A stretch of 37,324 nucleotides of DNA. Origin: Folioceros fuciformis. Its lineage: Eukaryota. Position 1 is the first letter of the stretch. The number at the start of each line of letters is the position of its first letter. A program made the translations under genes and the position numbers. The stretch covers positions 1-37,324 of the forward strand of contig JBNGIO010002532.1 in the NCBI GenBank assembly GCA_049999805.1. Reading direction: 5' to 3'. The notes beneath the pieces were generated by a model that worked only from the letters and a program-made list of their open reading frames with translations, did not search any database and was not told where the DNA came from. Of this stretch, positions 12,101-24,000 are shown piece by piece.

Positions 12101-14655
12101 GTCACAACTGTGGTCGCAAAAAGCTCCTCGTCATGAGCAACAGCCCCCACATCGTTCCCTCCCGGTACGTCCTTGGCCGTGAAGAAGCCCTCAAAACCAG
12201 GCTGCACTTCTGCCTCTCTAGAGTCTATGGACACAATTTTTGCATGCGGTCTTGTGCTGAGAACCAGAGCCGCATGCAAACCATGTGCAGGTAATGGAAT
12301 ATCGTCGCAGTACTCAGCTTCACCAGTTACCTGAGGAACAGACACAAAGACATGTGATAAGAGCAATTGTGCGCACAACAAGCTCACGGAACGTGAACAG
12401 CAAGTGTCGAGAGAATATGCAAACCTGTAGCTTAGCAGAAGTATGAACGAAGGGCAATCCAACAGAGGTACCCTTGGCCTTCTTTTCATAAATCTGCATT
12501 CCATGAGATGGCTCTCTATGGTACGTTTGGGCAGCTGATTTATAGCTGGAGGGCAACTGGTGAACATAACCCGCCTCCACTTCAAGCTTGTAGACTGTAG
12601 ACAGGAAAAATTTAAAGAAGAAGCTAGACGTTAGGGAACGACGAAACTCGACCATGCCACCTGGTGCTTTGTCTGCTATCACTATATCGTTTCCGAGAAC
12701 ATGGAGTGCACCATCTACAGTCTCCTGATTCCAGGGTTTCCCCTTCAGAAATGCTTCCGTTTTCAATGCACGCAACGGCACTGCAGCTACACCTCCATAT
12801 GCCAAAGTTACATCATCTACCAGCCAGACTCCATCAGCTTCAGACAAGGTCACACGCATGCCCGCATTAACAAGCGCAATGTCGTCATCACGCCGATGAG
12901 CTTGTTTAAATTCCTTCACAAATTCATACTTTCTTGTCCAAGGAATGAACACAGACAATAGGATTTCAGAGTTCTGCAGATCAACCTTTCGATAACCTAT
13001 AAAAAAACTCTTCGCATCCACCGTTCTTGAGGAGTTATCACGGGAAAGCACGGTGAAAGTCGCTCGACTTGCCATCCATAGGGGATTCAGGTCCGAAATT
13101 GGACTAGCCGTACAAATGTTGCCACCAACAGAGGCCACATTCCTAATTTGACTTCCTGCAAACCACCGGAGCTGTTCAATGAAAGCCAGACAAGCTGACG
13201 TCTCAAAAGATGGGCGCTCCTTCACACTTTGTCGAAAGGCATCCAAAAGCTGTGTCAGAGTACATGCGGCACCCACCAAGATGCCATCGTCACTGATTTT
13301 CACTGTGTTCATCTCAGGCACACTTGAAACTCCAATGAGCACAGGGTAGATCAAGCCCTTGAATCTAGTTTCTATTCCAATTTCTGTGTTTCCAACCACA
13401 AGCTTGGCATCAGGGAACTTCTGTTTCAGAGACAGGAGATCGTTTAACTTTGTTGGGCGGTACCATACCATCCCTCTCATCCCCTTCAGGAGCAAAGGTT
13501 GCACCTTCCTTTTCACTAGTTCAGGCGGAAAGATAAGCTCACATGTCGAACCCTCATAGCCTCCAGCCTTCACACATGGCTTCTCACCAGCCTTTACCAG
13601 GTCGTGGCGGGCAGCAGCAACCTCCTTAAGCTCATACCCATTTTTTGGTTGCGCCTCAGACGTTTTGCCACATCCACAAGGCTTCCCTGTCGACGGGCAA
13701 ATCACCTGACCCTCCTTCGGGGTGACCATCTCTTTAGCATCTCCGACACCGGCAGCCGAGGCAGCTTCAGCGGTATATACAGAAGGGTCTGACTTGGCAA
13801 AGGTTCTGAATGCATCCAGAATGGGACGATAGCCTGTACATCGGCAGAGATTGCCTGCAAGGTGCTCCTCAATCTCTTCAAAGCTCGGAGGCTCGTCACG
13901 GGCCTTCAGCAGCGAATACATGGACATTACAAATCCTGGAGTACAGAATCCACATTGGGACCCATGAGCATTCGACAACGCTTCCTGCACATCACCATAC
14001 CAGACGCACACTACTTGTTACACACATATCATAGGAAACACACCATCCCAACAGGACCTGGGCAAAGTCACCTGCACTTTGTGCAAACCCTGCCGCCGGT
14101 TGCCAATTCCCTCAACAGTAACCACATGCATTCCTTCCACAGAATACAGTGGAGTGAGGCACGCATTCACCGCCCGGTGCCTGCATGCATCCACACACCT
14201 TCCACGTAAGCACACGAGGTCAACCAGATAGCTCATCCTGATCCAGTCAAGCAAGACCACTTACACGATGAGCTGCCGAAGAGAATCGTAGTGCGAAACC
14301 ATGACAGTGCAAGCCCCACATCCACCTTCCCCGCACCCAAGCTTCGTCCCCGTCAAGTGCATATCTGACGGCCAATATAAAACAAATGTGAGACACACAA
14401 CCCACACCCGATTTTCCAACTTCGACTTCGACCAGCTCTTACATCCGTCGTGGAATTCAAACTCTGGCCTTGCGCGTACACTGGAAATCAAGGGACACCG
14501 ACCACCCCAAACACCACACACCAATTACCCAGTCGTAGATACTCCAGCAAGGTGCGGTGCGCAGCGTCATCCGGCAGCACGTGCCGCTTCCCGTTCACGT
14601 ACAGGATGGCCTCGGAGGACGCGAATTCAATGGAGGCCTCGTCGAGCGAACCCAT
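9149..14655 (-). CDS. XDH1: Xanthine dehydrogenase (molybdo-flavoenzyme), ~1383 aa
   Basis: 14 exons: 14655-14529, 14364-14265, 14180-14072, 13984-12425, 12330-12088, 11994-11680, 11593-11354, 11218-10934, 10846-10625, 10479-10318, 10176-10042, 9947-9711, 9636-9463, 9391-9149 (4152 nt). 2Fe-2S motifs [14 protein letters not shown] and [22 protein letters not shown] domain [15 protein letters not shown]; Moco domain [27 protein letters not shown]. The N-terminus MGSL and FGGKE (Glu) fit XDH rather than aldehyde oxidase. Confidence 0.97.
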
Positions 14656-14862
14656 GGCGTCCTGGCTTCTCAGACGCAAGAGCTCGTGCTCACTAAGACG
14701 GGGAAGATTCGCCTTGCGTTGTACAAGCTCAAATTTGTGTTGCGCAAGCTGGGCTGGGAGCTCCCAGAGGCAGCTGCTGCTGATGCCGCTGCTGGTCCGT
14801 GAATTATTGGGAGAGAGGCTGCTGGGTGGTAAATGGAGCCGAAAGTGAGGGCCGTGGCAACG

Positions 14863-14868
14863 TTATAT
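14863..14868 (-). promoter_or_regulatory. TATA-like box upstream of XDH
   Basis: ATATAA on the minus strand ~210 nt upstream of the ATG. Positional inference only. Confidence 0.3.
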
Positions 14869-15131
14869 GCATGCGGCTTTGGCCATTACAGGCAATTCCA
14901 CCAGCCTTCCGCGTGGTGGCCAGGCCCCGAGCCCCAGTACCTGTCTCTCCACTTGTCGCTGTTTCTCACTCCTACCAGCCTATCGAACACAGCGCCATCC
15001 AGATCCAGGACTTCGTGTGACTATGTCTTGCTTCGTGTCCATGGAGGAAAGAAAGGGCCACCATAGAGGAACGAGGAAGAATATCATTCCTATTACTCTA
15101 ATTAATCTTTGCATACGTTTTATGTACCTTG

Positions 15132-15486
15132 AAAAGTCCTTGCCCATGGCCCCCATGAATCTCAAAAAGTCCTTGCCCATGGCCCCCATGAATCTCAAAG
15201 CAAGAGGATGAAGAGGATGAAGATATGTCTGTCTTGTAGGGGAGAATATTTATGGACTTTGGCGATCCCACAAACCTCTGCTGCCCAAAAAGGCTGTCTC
15301 TCAGTAAAACCCTATTACACAAAGTATATGGACATCCCGAACTATATTATGCATAACAAAGTAGTGCCCCACGTTGTCCCATGGAGACCTTGTATAACAA
15401 AGTAGTGCCCCACGTTGTCCCATTGAGACCTTGTGCTGATAATGGCAACCCCACAACCCCATGTCAATAATGGCAACCCCACAACC
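15132..15486. repeat. Cluster of short tandem duplications (33 bp x2, 41 bp x2, ~20 bp x2) in a decayed TE-like segment
   Basis: aaaagtccttgcccatggcccccatgaatctca at 15132-15164 and 15165-15197; ataacaaagtagtgccccacgttgtccca(tg/tt)gagaccttgt at 15353-15393 and 15394-15434; ataatggcaaccccacaacc twice at ~15439-15486. Confidence 0.85.
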
Positions 15487-16189
15487 GTGAATAGAGAGAT
15501 AAAACCATGAAATATATGTTAGGGCTCTATGTTTGGTAGCTTAACACATAGTGATCTTGGAATTGATCTTGAGATAAATAGATTTTCCATCTTGTTATTT
15601 AATGAAGTCTCTATTTGTTTCCTTCTTTTTTTACTTGTAGTAAATAATTTTTCTATCTGTTTTTTTTAAGGGTTATTTCTTTTCTTTTAAGTGTTTCAAA
15701 CTAAACTAGCAACTACAATTGAATGAATTGAGATGTCATTTGGGCTTAATCCATTCTTTGGCACCAGACATTACATGAGCGGGTGGTAGTCATGGGAATG
15801 GTGTTTAAGAGGGCTAGCCTCCTATTTCGTCTTTGGCTCTATTTTTGGTTCTTCTATCATTTTTGGGATCTCACATCTCTTGTCAATAAATTATATAACT
15901 TTTGTTAATGAAGTATCTTTATTATTTAGATTTCTATAGATATGATAGGTATATATAAATCAACATGTTGTTATTATATGTTATACTCAACTTAACTTAA
16001 TATGAACAAGTCATTATCACAAAAAAAACACACACACATTTTATAATTTAATGATTTTTCTTCTCTTTCTTTCTTTGATTCCCATTAGGAACTTCATTAT
16101 CTCCAATCATGCATGGTAAGGATTGGCATGCAATTATCTCAAATCATAACATGTTATATCAGCCCCCTTCCCGCTTGGGCTTTTTGGGT

Positions 16190-16537
16190 ATTGGCTGCCC
16201 CTACTTGGTTTTAGTCCTTTATGGGTTCTTTCCTCTGCTAGCCCCTTTTCCCCCCCTTGGCTTTTGGCCTCTATACGTTCTTTCCTCGGTTCGCCCTCCT
16301 CTATGCGTTCTTTCCTTGGCTAGCCCTCTTCTCTTTTGACCCTCGGCTACCCCTCTTTGTTCTTAGCCCGTTGTGTTCCCCTTAGCTACCCCTTGACTAC
16401 CCCTCTTTACTCTTGGGCCGCTGTGTTCCCCTCGGCTACCCTGTTTCGCTCTTAGCATGTTGTGTTCCCCTCGGCTACCCTTCTTTGCTCTTGGCCCGCT
16501 ATGTTCTCTTCGGCTACCCCTCTTCGCCATTGGCCCG
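16190..16537. repeat. Degenerate pyrimidine-rich minisatellite, ~39 bp unit
   Basis: Consensus cggctacccctctttgctcttggcccgctgtgttcccct. About 5 well-preserved units at 16344-16537 and more decayed units upstream. Confidence 0.8.
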
Positions 16538-17281
16538 ATCCATGAATCTCTTAAAGCATGTCACTTTTGAACGCTGATCGAAGTAATTAACATTAAAATG
16601 AAATTACGTATGAAATCAATATTAAACGTCTTATTGAACACTTTTTATTACTATAGCGTCAGATGTAAGCTCCTGCAATGGCCCAAACCTTGGCCTTTAA
16701 GATACTCAAATCTACCTGGATTTTGACGTCAACCTGTTTTATGGAGAACATCTTAACGTATTGTTCACAGAAAAATATTAAAAATAGAAACATTGGTCCA
16801 TAGATACGTAAGCCGGACACATTAAGTGGATGCTCACTTTTCCCAAGTACATACACTCCTCAAGCTTCCGGCCAGCTTCTGATCTACGATTCCCCAGGAT
16901 CGAAAAAGGACTTACGTAGCAGGTAGCGGAGTTGAGCTTACCCACACTGGTCCCTCTGAAACCGTCAGGCTACTCCAAACAGTTGAACTCTTCTGCGAGC
17001 CACACGGGCTCGCGTGCAAAGAATCTGGTTGTGGACATTATTCCACAAGAAACTGCGAATCAAATGATCTAGATAATGGTACAATACCCTACAAGCGGAT
17101 TCAACGATAGCGGACAGATGCGGGTGAAAAGTTGTCCGCATTTCTCAGCTGGTTTCGCATGCCGCGAACAGCTTGACTCTACAATTGACTCTACTCTTGG
17201 CACAACCCTCAGTCATCGCAATAATAGTTTCTTACCTCATCAACCAGTCTCTAGGCCCCTCACTGCGCCGGTATGATACAC

Positions 17282-20200
17282 TTAACCATCCAATCGCAGT
17301 TCATTCAATCCCACCATCCTCAAGTAGTTGAAATGAGCCTTTAGAGCTGTCCAAAACTACAAGGACGCAAACAGTTCAGCTTCAGACAAGCGTGAACGAG
17401 CACAATCTGTAAGCAGCGGGAAAAGAGGAGGACAGGTACTTACAGAGGGATAAAATGTGTAAGGAACCTTGAACTCTTCGCATGTCATCCTCACTATGGA
17501 CTGAATTGCTGGATAATAGACGTGGCAAACTGACGGAAACAAGTGATGTTCGATCTGAAAGGCGGCAACGGATTCAGGTCAGCCGAAAGCATCCAACAAA
17601 ACTAAGTTTCGCACAAGTTCTCAAGACACATCACTTAAACTCGAATTCCAACAAATCCGTGGTTCTATCCATGGCTTCAGCATACTTCAATTATCATCGT
17701 CAAGGATGACTCGAATGGTACGGACAATAGTATCATCATTAGCCAGTCAAGCACCGCTAATCAGTGGCCGCATCCCTCATGATAAGGGCCAGGCCCAGCC
17801 CTCCCACAGAGGACTCCACTTAACTACGTGACAGTCACTAGACGGCTTCACCGTGCGGCAAAATAACATAATTAACCCTGATCACTAAATACCTCCTGAC
17901 AGTACAACACATGAAGTGCTATCACATAGCCAACCACCGACGCTTGGTTCCAACAGTGACTCACAAGATGAGGCATGCCTCTATCCACAAAGGACTGAGA
18001 AACGTAACCAAGGCTAATCCCATAGGATTAGCTTCTTATCAAACGAAGACAATGCTTGTCACCCGTATCGCTTCAGTGTGTTGCAAGAGTGTCATCACCG
18101 CTTTCCCACTCAAATGGTACGGACAACACAATTCATCATCAGCTTAACTAACCCCACCCGAGGCCGCTGAGGCACGCCCAGGCAATTTCAAGAAGGCGAT
18201 TCACATTGCGAAAGGTCGGACGACGAGTTACCTGATGGTTTAATCCTCCACTAACATGTGTCCAGAAAAAGGATCCGGGGCTGAAGTTTGTAGTTGTCCT
18301 GACCTGTCAAGAATTTACCAAACAACCATAGGACAAATCAGAATTCACAGTACGCCGAGTACGATAGCCCAGAAGGTAAAGAAGGAGGGTTGACTAAACC
18401 TGAAGAGCTGCCCAGCTCTGGTTCACCACAGGAGTTTCACCACTGGAATCAACCGCTGGAAAAGCAGCATCCTCGACAACGTGGGCAACCTGGAAGAGGA
18501 ACGCTAGCATCCATCCGGTGACTAGCTGCAGGAAAGGAAAGACAACATTCAATAGGACATTCGTTTGAGCTTCAAGAACTAAGAAAGCAGTGAGTTCGGA
18601 TGAGGTCAGAGTCACATGAAAACCTGCGAAGCAATATAAAGAATGATGAAATTTGAAGTACTGTGGTGGCTGTATAGAAGGGGTAAAACAAACATGTAAA
18701 GCACGTAGAAGACCTTTCCCCCACAGAAAATATTGAACTCCAGTGGCGTCATCTTTGCAACCTTCACACTGAACCCCAGATACACATGTAAGCGTCCAGT
18801 CTACCAGATAGAAATGCCCAGATGAATCATCTTTTAAGCCAATTTCAGCGGATTTCTCATCACATTGAAACCAAACACAAGTTACAACAGCTGAAGACAT
18901 GAGCGATGAGCAGAAGAGAGCACTCACGGGCCAATGGCTCCCTTGATATACGCTGAGAAATCATCAAGAAAAACACTTTTCAGTGCCAGGAGTCCATACA
19001 AAACAGCCAAATATATGTGCTGCATCATTAACAAAACAGCGAGATTACTTGAAAGCCATCTTTATCAATAAGCGACAACGGAAACTCTATCCATTTTTCG
19101 TCACTGATGATTACCTGATAAGCATGGTACCATTGCCTGGGTTGCTGGGAAGTCACCCTTCGCAAGTCAGGATCTTTCACTCCTGCATACAACCGGCATC
19201 AGTTGCAAGCTTCAGGCACTAAGGGAAAAAGCTCAGAAGGGACTTCGGTGCCATACTTATGTCTGGGTCATAGTTGTCCACATTTGTAAAGGAGTGATGT
19301 CCAACAACATGCTGCTGTCTCCACATAAAACTGCATGCCATTAAAGTTCAGAGGCTGTCCAAAAATGGTGAGCGCGTATATACACATACACTTGCAAGAG
19401 AGCAACGAACACCACAAACCTGCTTGCACCAACCAAGTCCAAGCTAGCACCCATTACGTAACCCAGGCTAGTCCACTGCGAATAAGCCCCTGTCCAAGAA
19501 CGGAGGGGACAGACCCATTCAATGGTTGCCACGTCATCTTACACATTGAAATATTTCAAGCAATAAATCGCCACTCACGAACTACTGAGCTTAGAAAAAG
19601 GGTGACGTTACCATGGTTGCCATCGTGCTGGATAGAGACACCAACCTCACCAGCAAAGAATCCCATTCCAAGAGCGAACAGTAAAGAAACGACAAAGTTT
19701 TGGCCTCCAAAGAATGCTATGTAGTAGCACAGCACAAAACCAGCGAATATAAGCAGAGACTTGACGAACATGTGAGGATGAAATCTTGGGTTTATCTGCA
19801 AAACCAATTTAGAGTGATTACAAACAGACCATCTTTCCATTCGCAGCAGGAAATACGGACATCAACTTCACAAGGTTGTGCAATACCCTGTGCTTTTTGA
19901 AGTAAGCTTCAACCCTTTGCTTAAGTGTTAGATAGAACTGTTCACTGGCGGCATCAGAATACTGGACAACCGATGATCTCAAAGTGGCATCTTCTGGGCT
20001 TGTTCTCACAACACCAATGCAGTACTTGGCCAGCATTTTACTGGAACAGATTAACAAACACTAAAAAGTTTAGAGCTAACCGAGCTACTGTTTCCGGTAC
20101 AGAGTCAGACTAGCAAAACAGCTGTTCGGTTTAGAGCTCAGGCGCTCAGACATCACATGGACAAAGTTGTTCAAGCTGGAAGCGTCATAAGGAAGTAACA

Positions 20201-20710
20201 ACACATCTCATACACTAAAGAAAGAAGGATACGGACTTGAAGTACCTGACGTATAGAGGATGGTAAGAATCAAACAGCTGCGTGGAGTCGTGTCCAGCCT
20301 TGACGTATATCAGGCTACCGCCAGGGTGATTGGGGACCCTGCTCAATAATTCGGAAGAATATTTTTACAAATCCTGAATTTGGAAGTGCAACTCGCAAAA
20401 TACCGGCAAACAGAGGTCACCAGGACAAGCATGCGACTGACTTCAGACAGTGACAAAGAAATGAACAAACCGACAGCGACACAGAACCCGGTGATCAGGA
20501 AAGGAACTCCAGGCGCGCCTACCATGCAGTAACGTCGTACACCTTCCCCCAAATAATCAACCAACAATCTTCGGGCGTGTTGTGCAGAGCCACTTCCCCC
20601 AAGCTAAACTCCTTCAAGGGAAGCCCGTCCTCCTTGACCCCGCCCGCAGCCCGGCTGCGCAGACCCTCGGAAACCGCGACAGCATTGACCACGGAGGAAG
20701 GTGGCGACAT
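17282..20710 (-). CDS. DES5: Front-end delta-5 fatty acid desaturase with N-terminal cytochrome b5 domain (ARA/EPA synthesis), ~483 aa
   Basis: 13 exons: 20710-20523, 20338-20246, 20040-19887, 19795-19612, 19489-19420, 19330-19257, 19182-19115, 19019-18928, 18768-18624, 18525-18400, 18303-18232, 17554-17444, 17356-17282 (1452 nt). Cyt b5 motif [28 protein letters not shown]; His boxes HDGNH, HVVGHH, QIEHH; C-terminus LRLDG, as I recall for bryophyte delta-5 desaturases. Confidence 0.93.
17672..17745 (-). ncRNA. Intronic box C/D snoRNA (copy B), guide for 25S rRNA 2'-O-methylation
   Basis: Minus strand: TGGCT-A-ATGATGA(C, 17739-17733)-TACTA-TTGTCCGTACCA(guide, 17727-17716)-T-TCGA(D')-GTCATCCTTGAC-G-ATGATAA(C')-TTGAAGTATG-CTGA(D, 17680-17677)-AGCCA. 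Perfect 5-bp terminal stem. The guide is antisense to 25S rRNA UGGUACGGACAA. Confidence 0.88.
18070..18143 (-). ncRNA. Intronic box C/D snoRNA (copy A), same 25S rRNA guide
   Basis: Minus strand: GCT-G-ATGATGA(C, 18139-18133)-ATTGTG-TTGTCCGTACCA(guide, 18126-18115)-T-TTGA(D')-GTGGGAAAGCG-GTGATGA(C')-CACTCTTGCAACACA-CTGA(D, 18076-18073)-AGC. Terminal GCT/AGC stem. Confidence 0.88.
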
Positions 20711-21073
20711 TTTCGAACGCTGGACAACCAGAACACCAGAAGAAGGCAAATGACCTGGATGTTCCCAGGGAGAGGCAAACTAGGGCAAACCGACACGAAG
20801 CGACCCCAGCGCACCTTGTTCGTCACCGTGCCGGCACAACTCTGGTTGGATCCGGCTTGCTACGACCTGGGAAGCGCCGTGAAGGCACGGGTCTTAGGCG
20901 GGACGAGTGGGTGCGGGAGAGAAGGATCCAGCGACATGCAGCCTTGTAACAGCAATCCGAGCCCGATCCGGTCCTCTCGGGAGCAATGCCGCTGCCTCCG
21001 TCCCCTCTGTGTCGCTAGAGCGGAGAGGCAGAGTGGGAGGATGTTCACTGTAGACACCCTGGGGGATCCTAGG

Positions 21074-21079
21074 TTTATA
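21074..21079 (-). promoter_or_regulatory. TATA box candidate for the desaturase
   Basis: TATAAA on the minus strand ~365 nt upstream of the ATG, followed by a CT-rich tract. Confidence 0.3.
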
Positions 21080-24000
21080 CTTGGAGGCCAGTCTGTTCAC
21101 GGCATTCGCGCGCAGGCATACAGATCTATGCACAACATAGTTTTGGGCCGCTGCCTGTTCTGACTCGGAAAATCGGACTGTGACTGTGTTGGAACTTCCT
21201 CGTCCATCCTTGTGCAAACAAAACATATTTTGCTGCCTTTCGGGACCTGCAAATAATATTTTACTCGCTTCGTGGACTGCACACAATAATTTTGCTTCCT
21301 CTCGACCTCCGAAGGTTGTTGTTTGTTCTCTGGGTCGTCTACCATTGCCAGGGAGTCCAATATAATTACTTACAAATATTGGTTGCTAGCACAAGCCTTG
21401 AATGGCGACTTTTTCTACATACAATATTCTGTTTGTAGGTAGTCTTTTATGATGTCCGATTTTCTAGATAGCGTCCATAAATGAGTAAGTGTAGCAATGC
21501 ATTCCTATCCAAGGAATATCCAAGTTATTTAACCTCCCTCATGTGGTTATCAGATCTAGCTTATTGAATCTCCCTCTTAAAATACTTGTGCTATATGTAA
21601 AGGAATGATTTTTCTAGCCACATCCAATTGGATAATTTAAGAATCAATCTGGACAATATCAATGTTGTCTATCCGCATGCAATGTACTCATCTTATTGTT
21701 GTAGTTGAAGGCTAATTGTATGCTTACCGTGGAAGCCATTTACTTATGCACTTGCAACCAATCAAGAATATCCTGTCATGCCAATAATTAATATTGCATG
21801 ATAGAAAATGAGCCAAGCCCTTAGTGAGAGTTAATATAGTATCATTTAGTATTAGAAATAGAGTACTTTGTAAGATATATTTTTGTTGTACTCTAAGGGA
21901 TTTCTATTACGAATTGTTGTGTTACACTCATGCTGTAGGCCCTAAAACCTTCAAAAGTGTTCTTAGTAAAATATTCGAGAACAAAAAATGTTATAACACG
22001 TTTACTTAAGGTACATGCATGGTATTTGGATTAGTCTTGAGGTATAGCATGGGGCCATTAAGGCATATTCACTCGGCTGGAGTCTAGGTTGGAGAAGCTA
22101 GAAACACGACAATGACTAGGGTTTAGAAGATGCGCGTTAAGAAGAAGAAAAAAAATACAAATCTCAATCTCAAGGGCACGAGCTTGTGGGAGCTCGATCC
22201 TTAGGCACACAAGCTTGATACAACATAGCCTAGTCATAGGGGAAAGCACAAGAGCAAGGAAAGCTCACAAGCGTGAGGGAAGCTTGGTCGTTGGAGCTTG
22301 CCTAAGAGAGTAGCTCAGCTACAAAGATGAGATGAGGATGGATTGGAGAGAGGAACCGAACTGTGAAGGTAGGGTGGGTCTATAAGAGCCCAACCATGAA
22401 GGTAGGGCAGGGCTTTAGAAGCCTAACCTTGAAAGTACGGTTGTTCAGTAGACGTATAAGAGGGAAGCTTACCAAGCCCCAAGGGAAGCTAGTCTAGTAC
22501 AAAAAGTTCTTATTCTTTTTAGTAGAAATGTAAGAAACTTTAAAAGGAATTGGACAAGAATTCTAACAAAGAGTCCAACATTTGGGAATTGATTTGCGTT
22601 AAGAGCATGCTAAGATGATTTGGCAACCTACTATGTCTTTGAAGTGTCAAGGTTGATTGGATTTCAATTCTGGTATGTTAGGGCATTATGCTACTAACTG
22701 CATAAAGACACGCAATCAGATTACATTTGTGTCATTTTGCCGAGTGTTTAAGAATCTAGAACATAAGGCCAAAGATCTAAATATTTAAGCCTCCCTAGGC
22801 CACCATCGCCTAGATCAAGAGTGAGGATTACGGAGGCACAACAAGAAGGAGTCCCTACTATTGTACAGATAATAACTCCGAATAGAAGTACACCAGTGTA
22901 GTAAGTAGATACAAGGAGAAGCCATTGACTAAATCATAAGTATTTTCAAGAGTTGTGGATGAAGGATATTTCTGGTAATGCTAACGATAGTCAAGAGATC
23001 ATGGTGGCAAGGTTATCATATGCTAGAAATAGTTATAGCCATAAGAAGAGGATGAAGAAGCGAGGAGAAGAGAGCGTGATAATTCCCCTAAGGCATCAGA
23101 AATTAGGGAGTAAACACATGTTCAAAAGAGAAAGAAGGAGTTGCTATTTAGATAGAAGATCAACTCGTTGGGTCAGGAGGAGGAGAAATCATTTGCAAGA
23201 GGGGCTAACGAGTTAGTATTTCCACTTAACATTAGTCGCGAGGTTGTTGTAATGTTAGAGGAGGAGTTGAACAAGATGATATAGTGGCCGCCTAAGAAGG
23301 TTAACAAGGTCTAATCAAAATGAAAAGATTCTAGAAAGCCTATTTTGTCCACTTTGAATTTGGTTCAATCCGCACTCCATATCTACATTTTATCTATTTT
23401 TTTCTTAACATGAAGGCCGTCGACATGTCTTCATAAATTTTTTATTCCAAAAACTTGATTAATACAAAAACTAATGAGTCCACAATTTGAATGTTTTTAA
23501 AAAAACTTGATAATTCAAGTCTATTGAAAGTGGTACGCTAGTAGATCGGCATGTACTCAATATGGGCACATGTGTTCAATGTGATACCCAAGTGAGTGTG
23601 CTGGTGGTGCAAATAGGGGGAGGGAGTGGATCGGGCGAGGAGGAAGTAGGGGTCGTCTTTATTCCGTCAATGTCCACATGACGGGAATAGTAGATGCTTG
23701 TATATAGGAGTTTGGATGCAACCATGTAGCCACACCGGCGGTCGCCCCCCCCCCTTAGTACCGATGTCCACAACCGTGAACGTCATGTTAAGTTTCCCGC
23801 CACTTCAGCACTGCTTTGCGTCATTTGTGGATTGTGTTTGTAACAAATCCCTATTTGCACCGCCGGAATGCGGCCATTTATGGAACCCTGTACTCAATGA
23901 TTCCCTGAACCCGAAAGGCAAGGCCTAAATTACCACTTGTCCAACCATGCTCACCAGACGAAATGTCATTTGCTGGGCTCGAGGTACGAGCATGGGCTGG

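Noticed and set aside
17701-17710. GTCATCCTTG in snoRNA copy B is complementary to the U6 snRNA segment CAAGGAUGAC
   Set aside because: It lies between D' and C', folds into its own GTCA/TGAC hairpin, is not placed directly before a D box and is absent from copy A. Probably chance.
17746-18069. H/ACA snoRNA between the two C/D snoRNAs
   Set aside because: ANANNA motifs are present, but no ACA box lies downstream of them on the sense strand.
20582-21163. 193-aa plus-strand ORF overlapping the desaturase 5' end
   Set aside because: Non-ATG start, antisense to exon 1 and the leader in a GC-rich promoter region, and no recognisable motif.
22010-23330. Possible LTR/gag remnant (purine-rich, short internal duplication near 22365-22430, TGGTAT at 22671)
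   Set aside because: The PBS match is poor and there is no paired LTR or recognisable protein motif. Likely decayed TE, but not supportable as a feature.
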